Shown in pieces: positions 38,931 through 51,900 of a stretch of DNA of 64,000 nucleotides. The position numbers and the translations under genes were made by a program. The notes beneath the pieces were generated by a model. It did not search any database. It was not told the origin of the DNA and saw only the letters and a list, made by a program, of their open reading frames with translations. How positions within the stretch are numbered: the stretch's first letter is position 1; the number at the start of each line of letters is the position of its first letter. Source of the DNA: Balanoglossus misakiensis (Eukaryota > Animalia > Hemichordata); assembly GCA_040954595.2 (NCBI GenBank), contig CM082584.2, positions 5,336,110 to 5,400,109 of the forward strand. Reading direction: 5' to 3'.

Positions 38931-40074
38931 TGATGAATTCACCGTATTTATCAATTTACATTTTCAGAAAAAAATACGAAAGCCATCGTTGGCAGGGCAA
39001 AAGAACATCTTTTAATATGGGGCAAAAAGTTAAAATCGGTAATTTCCGCCTATAGCATAATGCAGGTCATATCATATTTTCAGGTTGGTTCTTCAGTTTA
39101 GACAATAAAATTAAGTGACAATATAATAAATATGCATTCTACAACCTGTATTTCATCGCACCAAGTTACCGATAATAACCGCATTTTAAACAAATCATAA
39201 AAATTTAAACTTTTACAAAATTCAAATTTCTTCCGATGGTGTTCAAAAGTGATGTTGACAATTGCGCGTTGCGAGGTCGGTCGAAAATAGAACCACAAAA
39301 ACCTTGAAACGATTAGATCTGGTAATCAATCATACAACTTTGTAAGTCTATTTAATATACACAGAAACACAATTTACATTTGAATGTTTTGAAATTGAGT
39401 TGTGCTCGAGTAGACCCGTATCTGAACTTGAACCAGATGTTAGGACCCCGGGGTGTACTCCGGTCCTGTTTTGGTACAGGTGGATCCTGGATCCTGAAAA
39501 GTTCAAAGTACAACGCACAAAATAAGTATTTTTTCTCTAATATGGGGATCAAAAGACTATATTTTGGACAAAACTGATTTAAAAACTATATTTTCAACAA
39601 AATGGACATGCGTTGCAATGGTAATGTGACGACGGTACCATTCTCTCGTCACTTCTCTGATCACATCTCTCAGGGAATCTGGCTGCTGTGAAATACCACT
39701 CGCTGAATCAATGTTTACAGTCACTGTGTCATATGCAGCCGTTATATCCTCAAATGTTGATCTTTTTTCGACGTAGGGAGAGTGCGGTACAATATAATCT
39801 CTAGTCCACTCTCTAGTTTTTCTTTTACACAGCAAGCTCAATTATTGATACAAAACCTTTAGGGCATAACTTAAGAGTAAAATCAGTCAAAAGAAGTCAC
39901 ATCTAATTCACCGCAAAGTAAGAAACAGTACCTGATTTACTTAAGAAGAAAATCTTACATAGCTGATTGGATCATAATTTTGAATCATTTAGGCCTACAT
40001 ACATCATGTTGTAATCTTATGATTTCAACCCACGATCATAATTGTCTACCAAATACTAGTGAAACTGATGCCAA

Positions 40075-40129
40075 AGAGAGGGAGAGAGAGAGAGAGAGAA
40101 AGAGAAGGGGGGGGGGAGAGAGAGAGAGA
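40075..40129. repeat. (GA)n and poly-G purine tract
   Basis: Read directly from the sequence. Confidence 0.8.
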
Positions 40130-41108
40130 ATGGAATAATTAAAATCACTAAAATAGACGACTTGCCGATAAAAAAATTACAGGAGATGTGGATTTCAAAA
40201 TTAGGCACATTATCACCCAACGGTCGAAATGTTCTCACCTAATTGTTTAACCATGGTTGTTATAACCACCTGTAGCGCGCTCTTACTGACGCACACCAAA
40301 TTCAATGCCACACACCAGCAACACCACTACGTCAATTCTACTTCACCAATTTTTACATCGCAAATCCTGGGGAACTTACTCTGTTGTTCATGTCTTTGCT
40401 CTGTAGAAATAGAAGAAGTCCTACTTTTAGGACGAAACCTTGGCATAGCAGAAAAGGTCGATGACACAGGTGTTGTCACCTGACTTTGGTAGACGCGCAC
40501 CCCCCCCCCCCCCCGGACAATAAAGTAGGTCGCTCTCTGATTGATGGGGAGGGCAATGCGGTTGAACAACACCTAGCGTTGGAGGTGCCAAGTTTAGTTT
40601 AAATTATGGGAAAACCCCGAAGAATGCTGCGTTATATTGACTGAATGGCGGTAAAAACACCAAGAGATAACGGAACAGTGCGATGAATAAGGACCCGGTG
40701 GGCCGTTATTGTATATCCAATACTTGAGCATACAACCGTTTGTTTCTATGCAGCTGGCATAACGTGTGTTTGATCTGTTCATAGAGTGTCTTTGTTATTC
40801 ATTTTTGTTCTCTACCCCGAGGGCCTTCATTAAATCCATCTTCTTTGTCCCACACTTCATTATCACAGAACGTAAGCGGAGTTGTTGGGCTCTAACGGGG
40901 GCGACTTGAAACAGTCGCACCAAGGAATGTAGAGGGTGGAGTTTTTCACCTACTGACCAATCAAGCGCGTTGTTATACGATCTGGCGGGTATCTCAGTTG
41001 TTGCTTTCATCTGCAGTGTGCGAGTCGGAGGAGTAACCGGCCGATACATGGCGATGATTTGATTTTGATCTGGTGTGCACGCACGAGTCCGTGCCCGCTC
41101 GTAATACA

Positions 41109-41447
41109 TTATACACATGATGACTGACAATGAGGGCAACAGTGTATTTTAATGTCCGAGGGCGCTGCTAGTCACAACTAAAACAGTCTTGTTTTAGCCC
41201 GAGGGAAAACAGACTGTTTTGGTGGGACTGGTAGTCCTGAGGTCATTAAAAATACACTGTTGCCCGAATATGTCAGTCATCATATGTTTTGTAACACACC
41301 AAACACGGAATTATATCAAGACAGGGCAACAGTACCGGGCAGAAACTGATCGAAATGATGCCCTAGGGAACAGTTCGAAATGACTGTGGTCACGTGACGG
41401 CGTATTGACGAATCACGATCGAGGGTTCGCTGCATGGTGTGTTACAA
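41109..41447. mobile_element. Foldback-type non-autonomous element: hairpin of about 185 bp (41109-41294) joined to a module bounded by a 13 bp inverted repeat (41289-41447)
   Basis: ATGATGACTGACA..GGGCAACAGTGTATTTT..AAAACAGTCT pairs with AGACTGTTTT..AAAATACACTGTTGCCC..TGTCAGTCATCAT. TTGTAACACACCA pairs with TGGTGTGTTACAA. Confidence 0.7.
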
Positions 41448-42944
41448 CAATGAATGAACGAGCCGTTTGCCTTCCGTGGGTCATACACTCCTGTCATACA
41501 TACGGGCTAATATACCCGACAGGATCAGTTGCTTGCGCCGAAAACAAACCGAACTTTCTCAGTCAAAGGGCGTAATTGATAAGAAGGGAAAAGTGACAGT
41601 AATATATTGGGCCTTTAGGCATGTTAGGCAGCGTTCACAGAGCGGAGATTTTGAAATTATTCGCTCTTTTTTCAGACATGTTTATTACAATTAAAAAAAA
41701 AATAAAGCGCCTTTTTCAACCTGAATTTTGAAGTTCTTGAATCTGCGTCGAAACTCAAAAACAGTCATAATTGCACAAACAGATCTGTATAGCTGTTCCA
41801 TGTAAGTCTTGTTCACTGAGTTGATGAAATTAATCGTGATCATTGAAAATGATAAGCTTATATGATACAGAGACTAAAATACGTGGAAAAATTAATAAAA
41901 GTTAATAAAATTATGTGAAATAGGAATAAGCCCCAAAGTCTGAAACGGGGAAAATTTAAGTGATATATGCTCTTCATCAAATCGTTTTGTGTGTATACTA
42001 GTATACAAAGCACCTTTAAAGGTAGTACGCCTACTTTTGTATGGTAAAATATACCCCCTCCCCCCACCACCACAACCATCACCACCAACAAGGATGTACG
42101 ATAAGTAAAATTGAAAGTATTGTCATTTCTTTGAAACGATTTTATTTGGCCGGTGAAATTTATTTTTATTTGACTGGGCTATTTCTTATGTAAAATTCCA
42201 AAGTGGAAGTGAGAGTTTTAGCAATTCTCAATGTAATCTCATGGGAAGTCTGAGACACATGCGCACAAGTTCGCACAGTTTACCGCTTACGTTCTGCGCA
42301 CTTCATCGATGCACGAATTACGCAACATAAGGTAGAACCAGATTAATATTCATTTCAGTTTGTCAATTCACCTAAACGGATTGTATTATCGTTAATGGAG
42401 TATTCCCGGAAAACAATATATATTTAATGAACATCAGGGTTCAGAGACTGGAATTCGAACAGAAAAACAATCGTCACGCAAGAACGGAACAAAATAGCCA
42501 TGGGAATGTGATAGTTTCGATTTCTTGGCTAATTCTTCCTGGAGCTCAAAAAAACAATCTGATTAAAACCAGGGCAGGGTACGGCGACGTGTTTTACTCG
42601 AGCGTGTTGAGCGGTACGGTATTCTTTTTATTAGGCGACAAATATCAGACTTTGAAGTTGTTGGGAAACACAAGAATTTTAAACTCCTGTCACAAGGGGG
42701 CGCTCCAAACTGTGCAAAAATGACTTTCACACGTGATGACGCTCGCAAAATGTATTCTGTAATGTGTCTTTTCCAGTTATTGTTCGGATATCAACCATGA
42801 CACATGAAACAGAAGAAGGAAGTGAAGAAACAGGACACAACACATGGCTGAATTTTAACAGAGAAATATCTTAGCTGGACAGTTTTTCGCTTTTATTTGG
42901 AATGTTAGGGCAATAAATATACATTTTGAAGGCGAGAACACTGG

Positions 42945-43237
42945 TATATATCAACTGCAGTTTCTTGTTCAAATTCTTGAATCATGATGAAATGCTCAGT
43001 ATCCAAGCTTATTAACACCTACATGTATGTAGTCAGCATTGTTATTGTGCAAAATGTGAATTCAAGCCTGACTAGAATTCATTTGTAAACAATAACAATG
43101 GCCATTACACACATACAGGCAATGTTGACAAGTGGAGTACTGGGTATATTAGCATGCTGTTTGGAGTAGAACAAGACCTACATTTGGTTACAAAAATATT
43201 GAAAATAAAGCCAAAAGTTGCAGCTAATGTTCCTTCA
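42945..43237. mobile_element. Degenerate copy of MITE family C
   Basis: Shares AGAATTCATTTGT.AACAATAACAATGGCC.TTACACACATA...GTTGACAAGTGGAGTACTGGGTATATTAG with 47520-47600. Confidence 0.65.
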
Positions 43238-45420
43238 TTAATTTCTGAATAAAAAGCTAATATACCACAAAATCAAAAAGACAAATGGTTGCATATATTC
43301 TTCATACATTTAAAAAATACTGATTTGTAATATTAATAGAATTGATTACAATGGAAGAAATTAATAAAAGTTTCTTTCTCATCCTATATTAGGGGTGATA
43401 CACTTTCCTCACACATGAATAACTTCTTTGACATTATCTTGTATGGAATATGAAATTAAACATAATTATGAAATTATTCTGACGTTCCATCAAAGGTTGT
43501 TTTATGATAAAAGTAAACTGTTTACATCACATTAAACACAAACAAATTTGACAAGAATTATAAACAACGACAAACGTCTAGAATAGCTCCTCTCCTACCG
43601 GTACAGTAAGTGAGAAAAATGGACAGAGAAGATTGTACTCTTGATATCTGCAATATGAGTATACTATAATTAAAGAAATATTTGATATAGAGTGAATGTC
43701 AAACTTTTAAACAAATTAAAATGATGAAATGCATATTATATTGAGTGGATTTCACAACATGTAGACACAATCAGGCGGTCAGCAAATTGACTCACTATAA
43801 AGCTTGTTAGGAAATTACCCGGTACATGAATTTCACTGTTTATATATCTCAAAAATTTGGCAAAATTAAATCACAACAAAGTTTCAGCACAAATTCATGT
43901 GAACTATACAACACGTTACAATTTTACTTACAATTAATCTACATGAAGTAACAAGTCATTTAAATGACATAGGCCCCTTTAATATTATATGGAGTCGTCC
44001 TGAATAAAAATAAAGCGCCAAGGGCACTGTTGCTCCCATTTCTAATGTTGGTGAATATAAGAAAAAGTAGTTGTGTTCTGTACGTGCACGTAGAAAGTAG
44101 GAAGAGAGTCAGAGAGTCATATGTTTTGATTAAAGTGGGATGGTCGTCTTACACGCATGTTCCAAACTGTGGCCTCTGGTTACAGATGTTGTGAGCAGTC
44201 AATCCCATAAGGCAGTGGGCTGTCCTAACAACGGACAAGATGGCGGCAATCAAAGTCTGTGTCGCGATGTCGGAGATCGGAAAAAGACAACAAATGGGGT
44301 GTCATGAAGGGACAGAACTAGAATCTACTTATCCTTATGGAGCCTTGCTTGGGGATTCTTACACTGTTTGGTATGAAAAATAACTCCCTACAACGAAATT
44401 ATGCTCATGTGGATGAGACGATCTAAAACATTTAAACAAAATGAAATGAAGCAAGGTCCAGCAATACAACTTGTGAGCACATAAGTGAAATAAAAATATA
44501 GTACAAAAATAATATTAACACTGGCAGGGAAAAGTGACTGAGAAACGAAGAAATAAATACCGATAAAAAAGTACCCTACTAAAAAATATACAAGGTGCCA
44601 CGTTTTGTAATAAATACTTCTAACATTGGGTACTGGATGTAGAGGAATTCAGTTTCTTTCTTTTTTTAAAGAAAAATACAAGGTAGGTGTTAAGTTAAAG
44701 GTAAACATACATACATGTACAAAAACTGGTAACTTACATAAGTGAATACAACAACGAGAATAAATAAATGATTGGATGGATCAAATATAAAAGAGATAAT
44801 TATCAGCAAAAAATCTTTGCAATATTCCGCAAAATAAGCAGACCGTTTCTCTGCAATTGAGTTGGATGGCTTCAGTTACAAATCTGTTTTTAAAATTTGA
44901 CAGTAGAATTGAAAAGGCAAATTTGCAATGCTGTAAAAATATAGTAATTGCAAAATTCATCAAAATTTCAACAAATGAGTCTTAGACCACCCTGGAGACC
45001 CTTACACCAAAAGTTCAAACAACTAGACTCATGCATTTTTGAAGGTGACTTTGGAAGACTTTTTTTATATCAAAAATTATCGTAAAAATACAATCTTACA
45101 GATTTGGTCATGATTTGAACAAAGCTAAAGGTCGCTTAGATTACCTGTTGACCCTATCTGATAAGCTATGAGAACTTGCTTGCAGCGGAGCTAAAAATTC
45201 ACAAACTTCATGATATATGCATGTACATGTACATGTAGTAAATTTCATGCATGTTTTACAGAATTAGACAACAGCCAAAACCTGGTGTAACAAAACATAG
45301 CAAAAACTTTACAAATATTAAGGCACACTTGTTAAGAATACTTCAATTGTGCTTATAATGCATATTGAAATTGTATATTTCAACCTGATTTGTCAAACAA
45401 ACAAAAATTACTGAAACCAT

Positions 45421-45426
45421 TTTAAT
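45421..45426 (-). terminator. Candidate polyadenylation signal (ATTAAA) for the EYS-like gene; a distal AATAAA alternative lies at 42892-42897
   Basis: Each hexamer is followed on the minus strand by a U/GU-rich tract. Use cannot be verified from sequence. Confidence 0.3.
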
Positions 45427-45620
45427 TGTCCTCTTTCATAAAGGGCAGCCATCACTGGAACTGTCAGTGACTTTTCTCTCTACAAACAATTCATTTCAAA
45501 AACATTATTTTTTATGACAGCAAGTCAAAGTAACTACCGGTAGTTACTACAAAATGTCACTACAAACAGTTGTTGGTTTCATTTCAAAACATTTGATTTC
45601 AGTGCAAATGAAAGTCCCCT

Positions 45621-45714
45621 TTAACCCTCTCACTATTATGGTTTAGTCCAAACCCATTGTTTCCTATGGCCAGCTTGGACCTCTAAAGAGGGAACTGGGG
45701 GCAAAAAGGGTTAA
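45621..45714 (-). mobile_element. MITE family A copy 4, about 110 bp downstream of the EYS-like stop
   Basis: TTAA-CCCTCTCAC...AAAAGGG-TTAA in reverse orientation. Confidence 0.75.
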
Positions 45715-45820
45715 TAAGATCAAAGGTAAGGCACAATATCAGTTTTCCACAAAAGAATTTCCAAGGATAGATTATTTACAACAATATGAGTAGGACAAAA
45801 GATAATTTAAAGGCAATAAT

Positions 45821-45990
45821 TTATGTTGGGCAGTTGTTGATGGCAACACCACTGATGGCCTGTCTTTGGAAATCGACCTGTGTCAGAGACCCACTGTTTG
45901 TCTGTCCTGTCAAGAACTGTGCTATGCAACCTCTGAACCCACTGCTGTAGCGGTCAGATGTCAACGATGAAATGTCACCATGGTAACCAC
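45821..45990 (-). CDS. EYS: EYS-like terminal coding exon
   Basis: [23 protein letters not shown]...[12 protein letters not shown]; ccag acceptor. Confidence 0.9.
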
Positions 45991-48900
45991 CTGGAAAATA
46001 AATGAAGAGTGACAGTTTAGACAACCAGGAGAAACACAAAAGTATGTTTTGGTAAACTTACACTTTCACATTGATTTGTTATATAAAAGACCATCAGATA
46101 GTTTCTAAAACTTTCATTTTGGGAATACTTTGTTGGATGCAAACTCAACACTGTCAAAATGTAGGCCATCTCCTGACATTTCATGGGAACATCTTAAATA
46201 TAGTAAATTACAGAGATGGGTCGTAAAAGTTGCTGACGTATATTACACAAGAAATTCAACAATTTCTTACCTAGGTATACATCACTGGTTTGTGTGTTTA
46301 AGCCAATTTGTGAGCCTGAACTTTGACCTGAGAACCTGTACTGTGTTCCTGACATGTCTTGTACTGTCAATGTCACTGAAGTGCCCGACCTGTCAGAGGG
46401 AAACAAAGAATATGTAAGTCACTGTACAAGAGCCTTACCCTTGCATGGCTTTACAAGTTAAAGTCAATGATAATGTTCATGAGTGGTGGACTTGATTTTA
46501 AAGTTGGCAGAAATGACAAGCAGCTGGCTGTATGGAACCTCATGTAAGGTAAGGATATGAAAGTTTGGTAATCAACCTTCTGGACTGCCTAGTACATAAA
46601 AACAGATCACTTTTTAGAGAAATCAGAAGATTGTACCCATGGGCTGTTCTCCTGGGGGAGGGGGCTGTGAAAGGTCAGTTTGCGCAAAGATACTTGGGAA
46701 AACAGGAAAAGACACCACATCAAAGATATTTTTAATCAGTAGAATATGAAGCAACCAGGGATAATTCAAAATGTTAGTGGACAGGTCGAATGTGTATGTA
46801 GTGTTCCAGACTGAAGTTTTCAGAACGTCTTAATATTCAACCTGTTTGGGGTTCTAATGAAGTATTGAAAAATTTCACACGGGTTGCAGGATTTGATGTT
46901 CATGTACAGTTGCTTCTAATTGTATACTGGACTGTTCTGTGACATAAAAAATGCATAACCACAATTACAAGCTACAGTGATTTGATGGATAGTACAGGAA
47001 ATACTGGTGCAAATCTCATATGTCCATATTTTACCAGAAGTGACAGCTCATAAATTTACCGTTGCAAAAGACTAATTTTATCATCTGTGTTTATAAATAT
47101 CGTTAAATTTGTCTCCGGTCAATGTCTTCTGGAAATTCCAGCTTACCTTTGTACATTGATGTTATACCAATTGCCATTTACAAGTTGAACACTAGTGGCT
47201 ATAGCTTCTCCTGTTCCACTGCCAAGGTTAAATCGGAATTCAAAGAATCCACTCTTGATGCCCAGTGACATAAAATCCGTGTTTGTTCCAACTCCATTCC
47301 AAAGCAGCAGACTATCAACGGTGCTGTCATCTACTCGTAACACCAAACCAAATGAATTGGTTGACGCATCGCTGAAAAGACAGAGGTCATTTTAAAGCTC
47401 CATTAGCTGTAACGTTTCGCTATGTTTTCAGTATTCTTGTTTTGTGTATCTATTGCAGTTTCTCGTTCAATCCCCTGAAACCTGCACTGTTATCGTGCAA
47501 AATTTGAATTCAAGTCCAGACAAGAATTCATTTGTCAACAATAACAATGGCCGTTACACACATAAATGTTATGTTGACAAGTGGAGTACTGGGTATATTA
47601 GTATGCTGTTTGAAGTAGAACAAGAAATTGTATCTGATACACAGATCAAAAGATACTGAAATCAAGTCAAACGTTACAGCTAATGTCCCTTTAAAGTGTT
47701 TTTTCATTGTAATCTGTGCTAACAGTCTCAGCAAAGAACAGTCAGCGATGAATAAAGCTGGCTGGCCAGTGGCTAAGTTAGGAACTCATAATAATCGCTT
47801 GGACAACACCAGTCGGTTCGTAAAAATCCTTGATGATATCTTCTTCAATTCAAGCCAAGCATTCACAATTTGGGTTTCCAATGCAATATCCAGAACAAAC
47901 GCAAATGAACAGAACTGATTGACTTTGAATGAAGACTGTTTTGCCTGGAGTACTTCAAGATTGTTATGTACAACTGAAAAATAAAATGTCAACAACTTGA
48001 AATGTTTTTCAGGGGCCAGATGGCCAAATCCACTGTCAAGAAGGGTGTCTATCACCAAGTGTATTGTCAAACATCTTACCTTGCTACAATGGAGGCAGGA
48101 TATGCCAAGTAACTAGAGCCAGAGAACTGGGGCAGGTAGAAGGTCAGGCCTACCAAAAGAAAAAGGAAATGATGGTAACTGTCATACAAAAGCACTTTCT
48201 GAATCAGATTTCAATCAAATCAGTGATGTTTGAAAAAAAGACGCACACATAGACAAGGCTGGACAGATACTGAGTAATTTAATAAGCTTCAACTTGTTTA
48301 TATACATATACAAAATAGGTCTTGGAGCTAAAACACTCATAACTAAGAACACTTGAGTGATATACTTACTTTCTGAACAAGTTGGCCCAGTGTAGAGGTA
48401 TGTGCATAGACAGGCAGCCTCTCCATTAGCATTGGTGTAACATGTTGCTCCATTCTGACATTGAATATTCTGAACTCCACATGATCTCAATTCACAGTTG
48501 CTGCCTGAAAACAATAAATATCTTTTTATTGTAACAGCTTAATATGGAAACATTACATAGCAGTATAGCAACGAGGTACTAGAGAACTCCACTAACATAA
48601 ATTTGAAAGTCTGTGTGATTCAGAAGTCTGTGGGTCGATACAGCACTAAGATCATGATAACCCATAGATTTGGAGCAAGTCTATGACAATCTCTGGATTC
48701 TCAAAATCTGATACCTTGTTATATTCTACAGTTTCAACATCACAATAATGATACAGTTTGAACATTTATGCTTAAACTGGCACAACACCAGTGAGGATGC
48801 AAAGCCTCTTTAACCAACAGGTTTATTAACGAGACCACAGTAGAGCTGACACAACTAAGATGGCCGACAACAGAATGACCAGAAAACACAAGCACAATCA

Positions 48901-51900
48901 AAACAAGGGCGATTGTGATTTGCTTGTAGCTATGTCAGATCACAGGCAGACAAGTTTGGATCTGGGTAGGTAGGAGGTTTAGGTCAGAGAAGGCACTAGC
49001 TGTTACTTCCATCGGTCCAAAACTAGACACCAACTTCATGTACGTGTGTGAACAAGGACTGTAAATGATCTTTTACCTGTATAACCTTGAGGACACAAAC
49101 ATCGATATCCATTGGGTTGAGTCTCATCTTCAATACACTGGGCAATCTGTGGACAGCTTAATGGAAGACACACTGTGGATGAACACTCTTCAATATTCTT
49201 ACCCTCATTGGAATACGACAGATCGACAGACTGACCTGCAATTCTCACATTTTGAATGCAACCCATATATCCTGAAAGTATTAAACAAGAAACATATTAT
49301 GGTAGTTGTATGGTGGGTTTCCTCCACACCGATGCTTTTTTTGAGTGACTAAACATGGAGGATTATTCACAAAAACAGGCTAAGTCCATGTACAGATTGT
49401 CCACAGCCACTGTTTCATAAATATATAACTGTACAGTATGAAGTTATTATAGTTGCACATTCTAGCTTGATATTAATTTCGAATGAGATCTGAGAGTAAT
49501 GGGCTTGATTGGTAAGTGACATAGCTGTCGATAACTCTTCTGTGTGTCTTTCTAATCAGAATATTCAATTTTCTGCAAAGCAGTTGCAACTTGTATAGCT
49601 GGGATTTTGAACATACTCAGACATCGCCATGCCTTGGAGTGATGTTTGACACATTCTGAGGAACTCTGAGTACAGCTCCTGACCTGTCAATCACTATTAC
49701 CTTTATTAAAAATGTGTACATACATACACGAAGTATGCGGTTCGACTGGTCTACCTACATACCTACCTACCTACGCACACCTACATACAGGTACATAGAG
49801 AAAGAAATAGACAGTATCTTTTGACTTACCTCTATCAATCTGTGCTGTTGAAGGCACATCAACGGATGCGGGCACTCCTCCCAAGTATGTATCAACACCC
49901 AAATCTAATTCCAAAGCGCCACCAGGTGCTTGACCCACTGATGGTACCAATTCATGGTCAATATACAGAGATCCCTCCAATACATTCCGAACAGCACGCA
50001 CATGATGCCATTCATTTAATGTCACTTCGTTATTGCTGATGATCACTGCAGGACCAGAAGAGGCTGATGAACAAAAAAATAAAATCACATCATCAATTCT
50101 CTTTCATGTTCATACATTTGTATCAGTGTATGAACTAATAATTTTCCCACATATGAACCAAAGCTTTTTGCTGAAAATTGTGACACAATTAACACAAATA
50201 TATTTATCAACCTCTGATTGTGGCAAAAGTGGGTGCTGCACCCTTTACTCAGCTGCCTATTGCAAGAGTACATGCGAGTAATTCACATGGGTATTAGAAT
50301 CTCCACAAATTCAAAATGGTATCGTCTATTCACTAAGTACGAGAAGATTGAATCATGTTACATGTGTATCAATAAAAAATATGCTAAAAGTGGCTGCTAT
50401 TTAAATCTCATACTTTGACATTTCATTTCCATGACATATTTACAAAGGTTAACTTACTTGACCGTAGGTTAAAGACAAAATAAACCCTATTTTCCACCAG
50501 TCCCACTCCGATGAAGTCATTGACAAGACTATTCCACAGAAGTATCCCATTGCCGTTGGTTGATTTGAACTCCAGTTCAATATCTGTGACGGAACTCCTT
50601 GTCAGAATGTACGTAAAGCCAAGGTAGGAATCACCACTGAAAGATGGTGTTGTGACTGTTACAGCTAGAAGATACAAGAATTAAAGTACAAATTTATCCA
50701 ACTCATCTAACATGAAAGAGAATAAAATTACTCTTACTTAAAAGATTCACTGAATGTCACATGACCTTTGTTCATATTTCTGTGAAGTAAAATGTCTTGC
50801 CTAGTATATCAACAGTGTGAGGGTTGCAGGGGGTACCATGTTTGAAGAAATCAAACAATCCCCCAAATTCCTTAACATTAAATAGAATGGTCACCTAACA
50901 GTTTTATGTCACAACATCAATTGTTGATATAATATAATAGCAATAACACCCACCTCAGTTGTGTATACACTTGATTTTGGTACAATTCACTCATATATAA
51001 CATTCGCCTAATAGCTTGTGCTATATGTCTTGAATTGAACACAATTCTCGCGTATACCTGTCTGTGGCAGGGGTTATTGCTTAATTAGTTTGTACAGGAC
51101 AAATACAAAGTGAGGAACTAAACAATGAATTGCATACAAGGCAATCAATAAAGAGACATCTACACAACACAACCACCAAAACAACTAAACAAGAATTACC
51201 TATAGTACACTGTGGTCCTGTCCATCTGACAGTGCAGATACATTCAAATGTGGATTCACTTAACGTGACACATTCACCATCATTAAAACACGGAGCCGAT
51301 GAACAGGGTGATGTAGAGCAGTATCCCACATTGACACCATTCAAGGAATCTTGCCAATTGATTACATCCATGGTAGCTCCTCCCATCTAATGAAATACAA
51401 ATTAAAAAGCTTGACTATTAAACTTCGAACAATATACACTAGAGATGAAAAGTTCTATCAGGGAGCTTTACACATCAGATATAAAACACCTGACCAAACA
51501 CTTGCTCAAAAGAAAAGGGCACATCAGGACAAAACTTTCTGAGGATTTTACATTAAAGGTATACGGTCAACTCCAAATTACATACGCCCATATATGTCAG
51601 AAATGACATATTTGAGTGTTCTAAAGAACATATGGTGGCATTCTTTTTTTCACGTGTGCCCCAACAGATAATCTGTGATTGGCTAGATCTCAATTTGCCA
51701 TGGTAACTGTAGCAATACTAGTATCTGAATAGGTGACCATATACATTGTACCTTTAAGGTAACTATAAACCAGTTTTTAAATATGACCAGTACTTCTTGA
51801 AATATATTATTTTGATCCAATTTACATTCTGTAATGACAATGCCTTTTGAACAAAATCCCATCTACCGGACACCAATGATTCAACTATCAGTGATGACAA

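Noticed and set aside
44236-44247. YY1-like CAAGATGGCGGC opening a short plus-strand ORF of about 47 aa
   Set aside because: It lies just downstream of a repeat-like start (44011 resembles 6150), and there is no splice or homology support.
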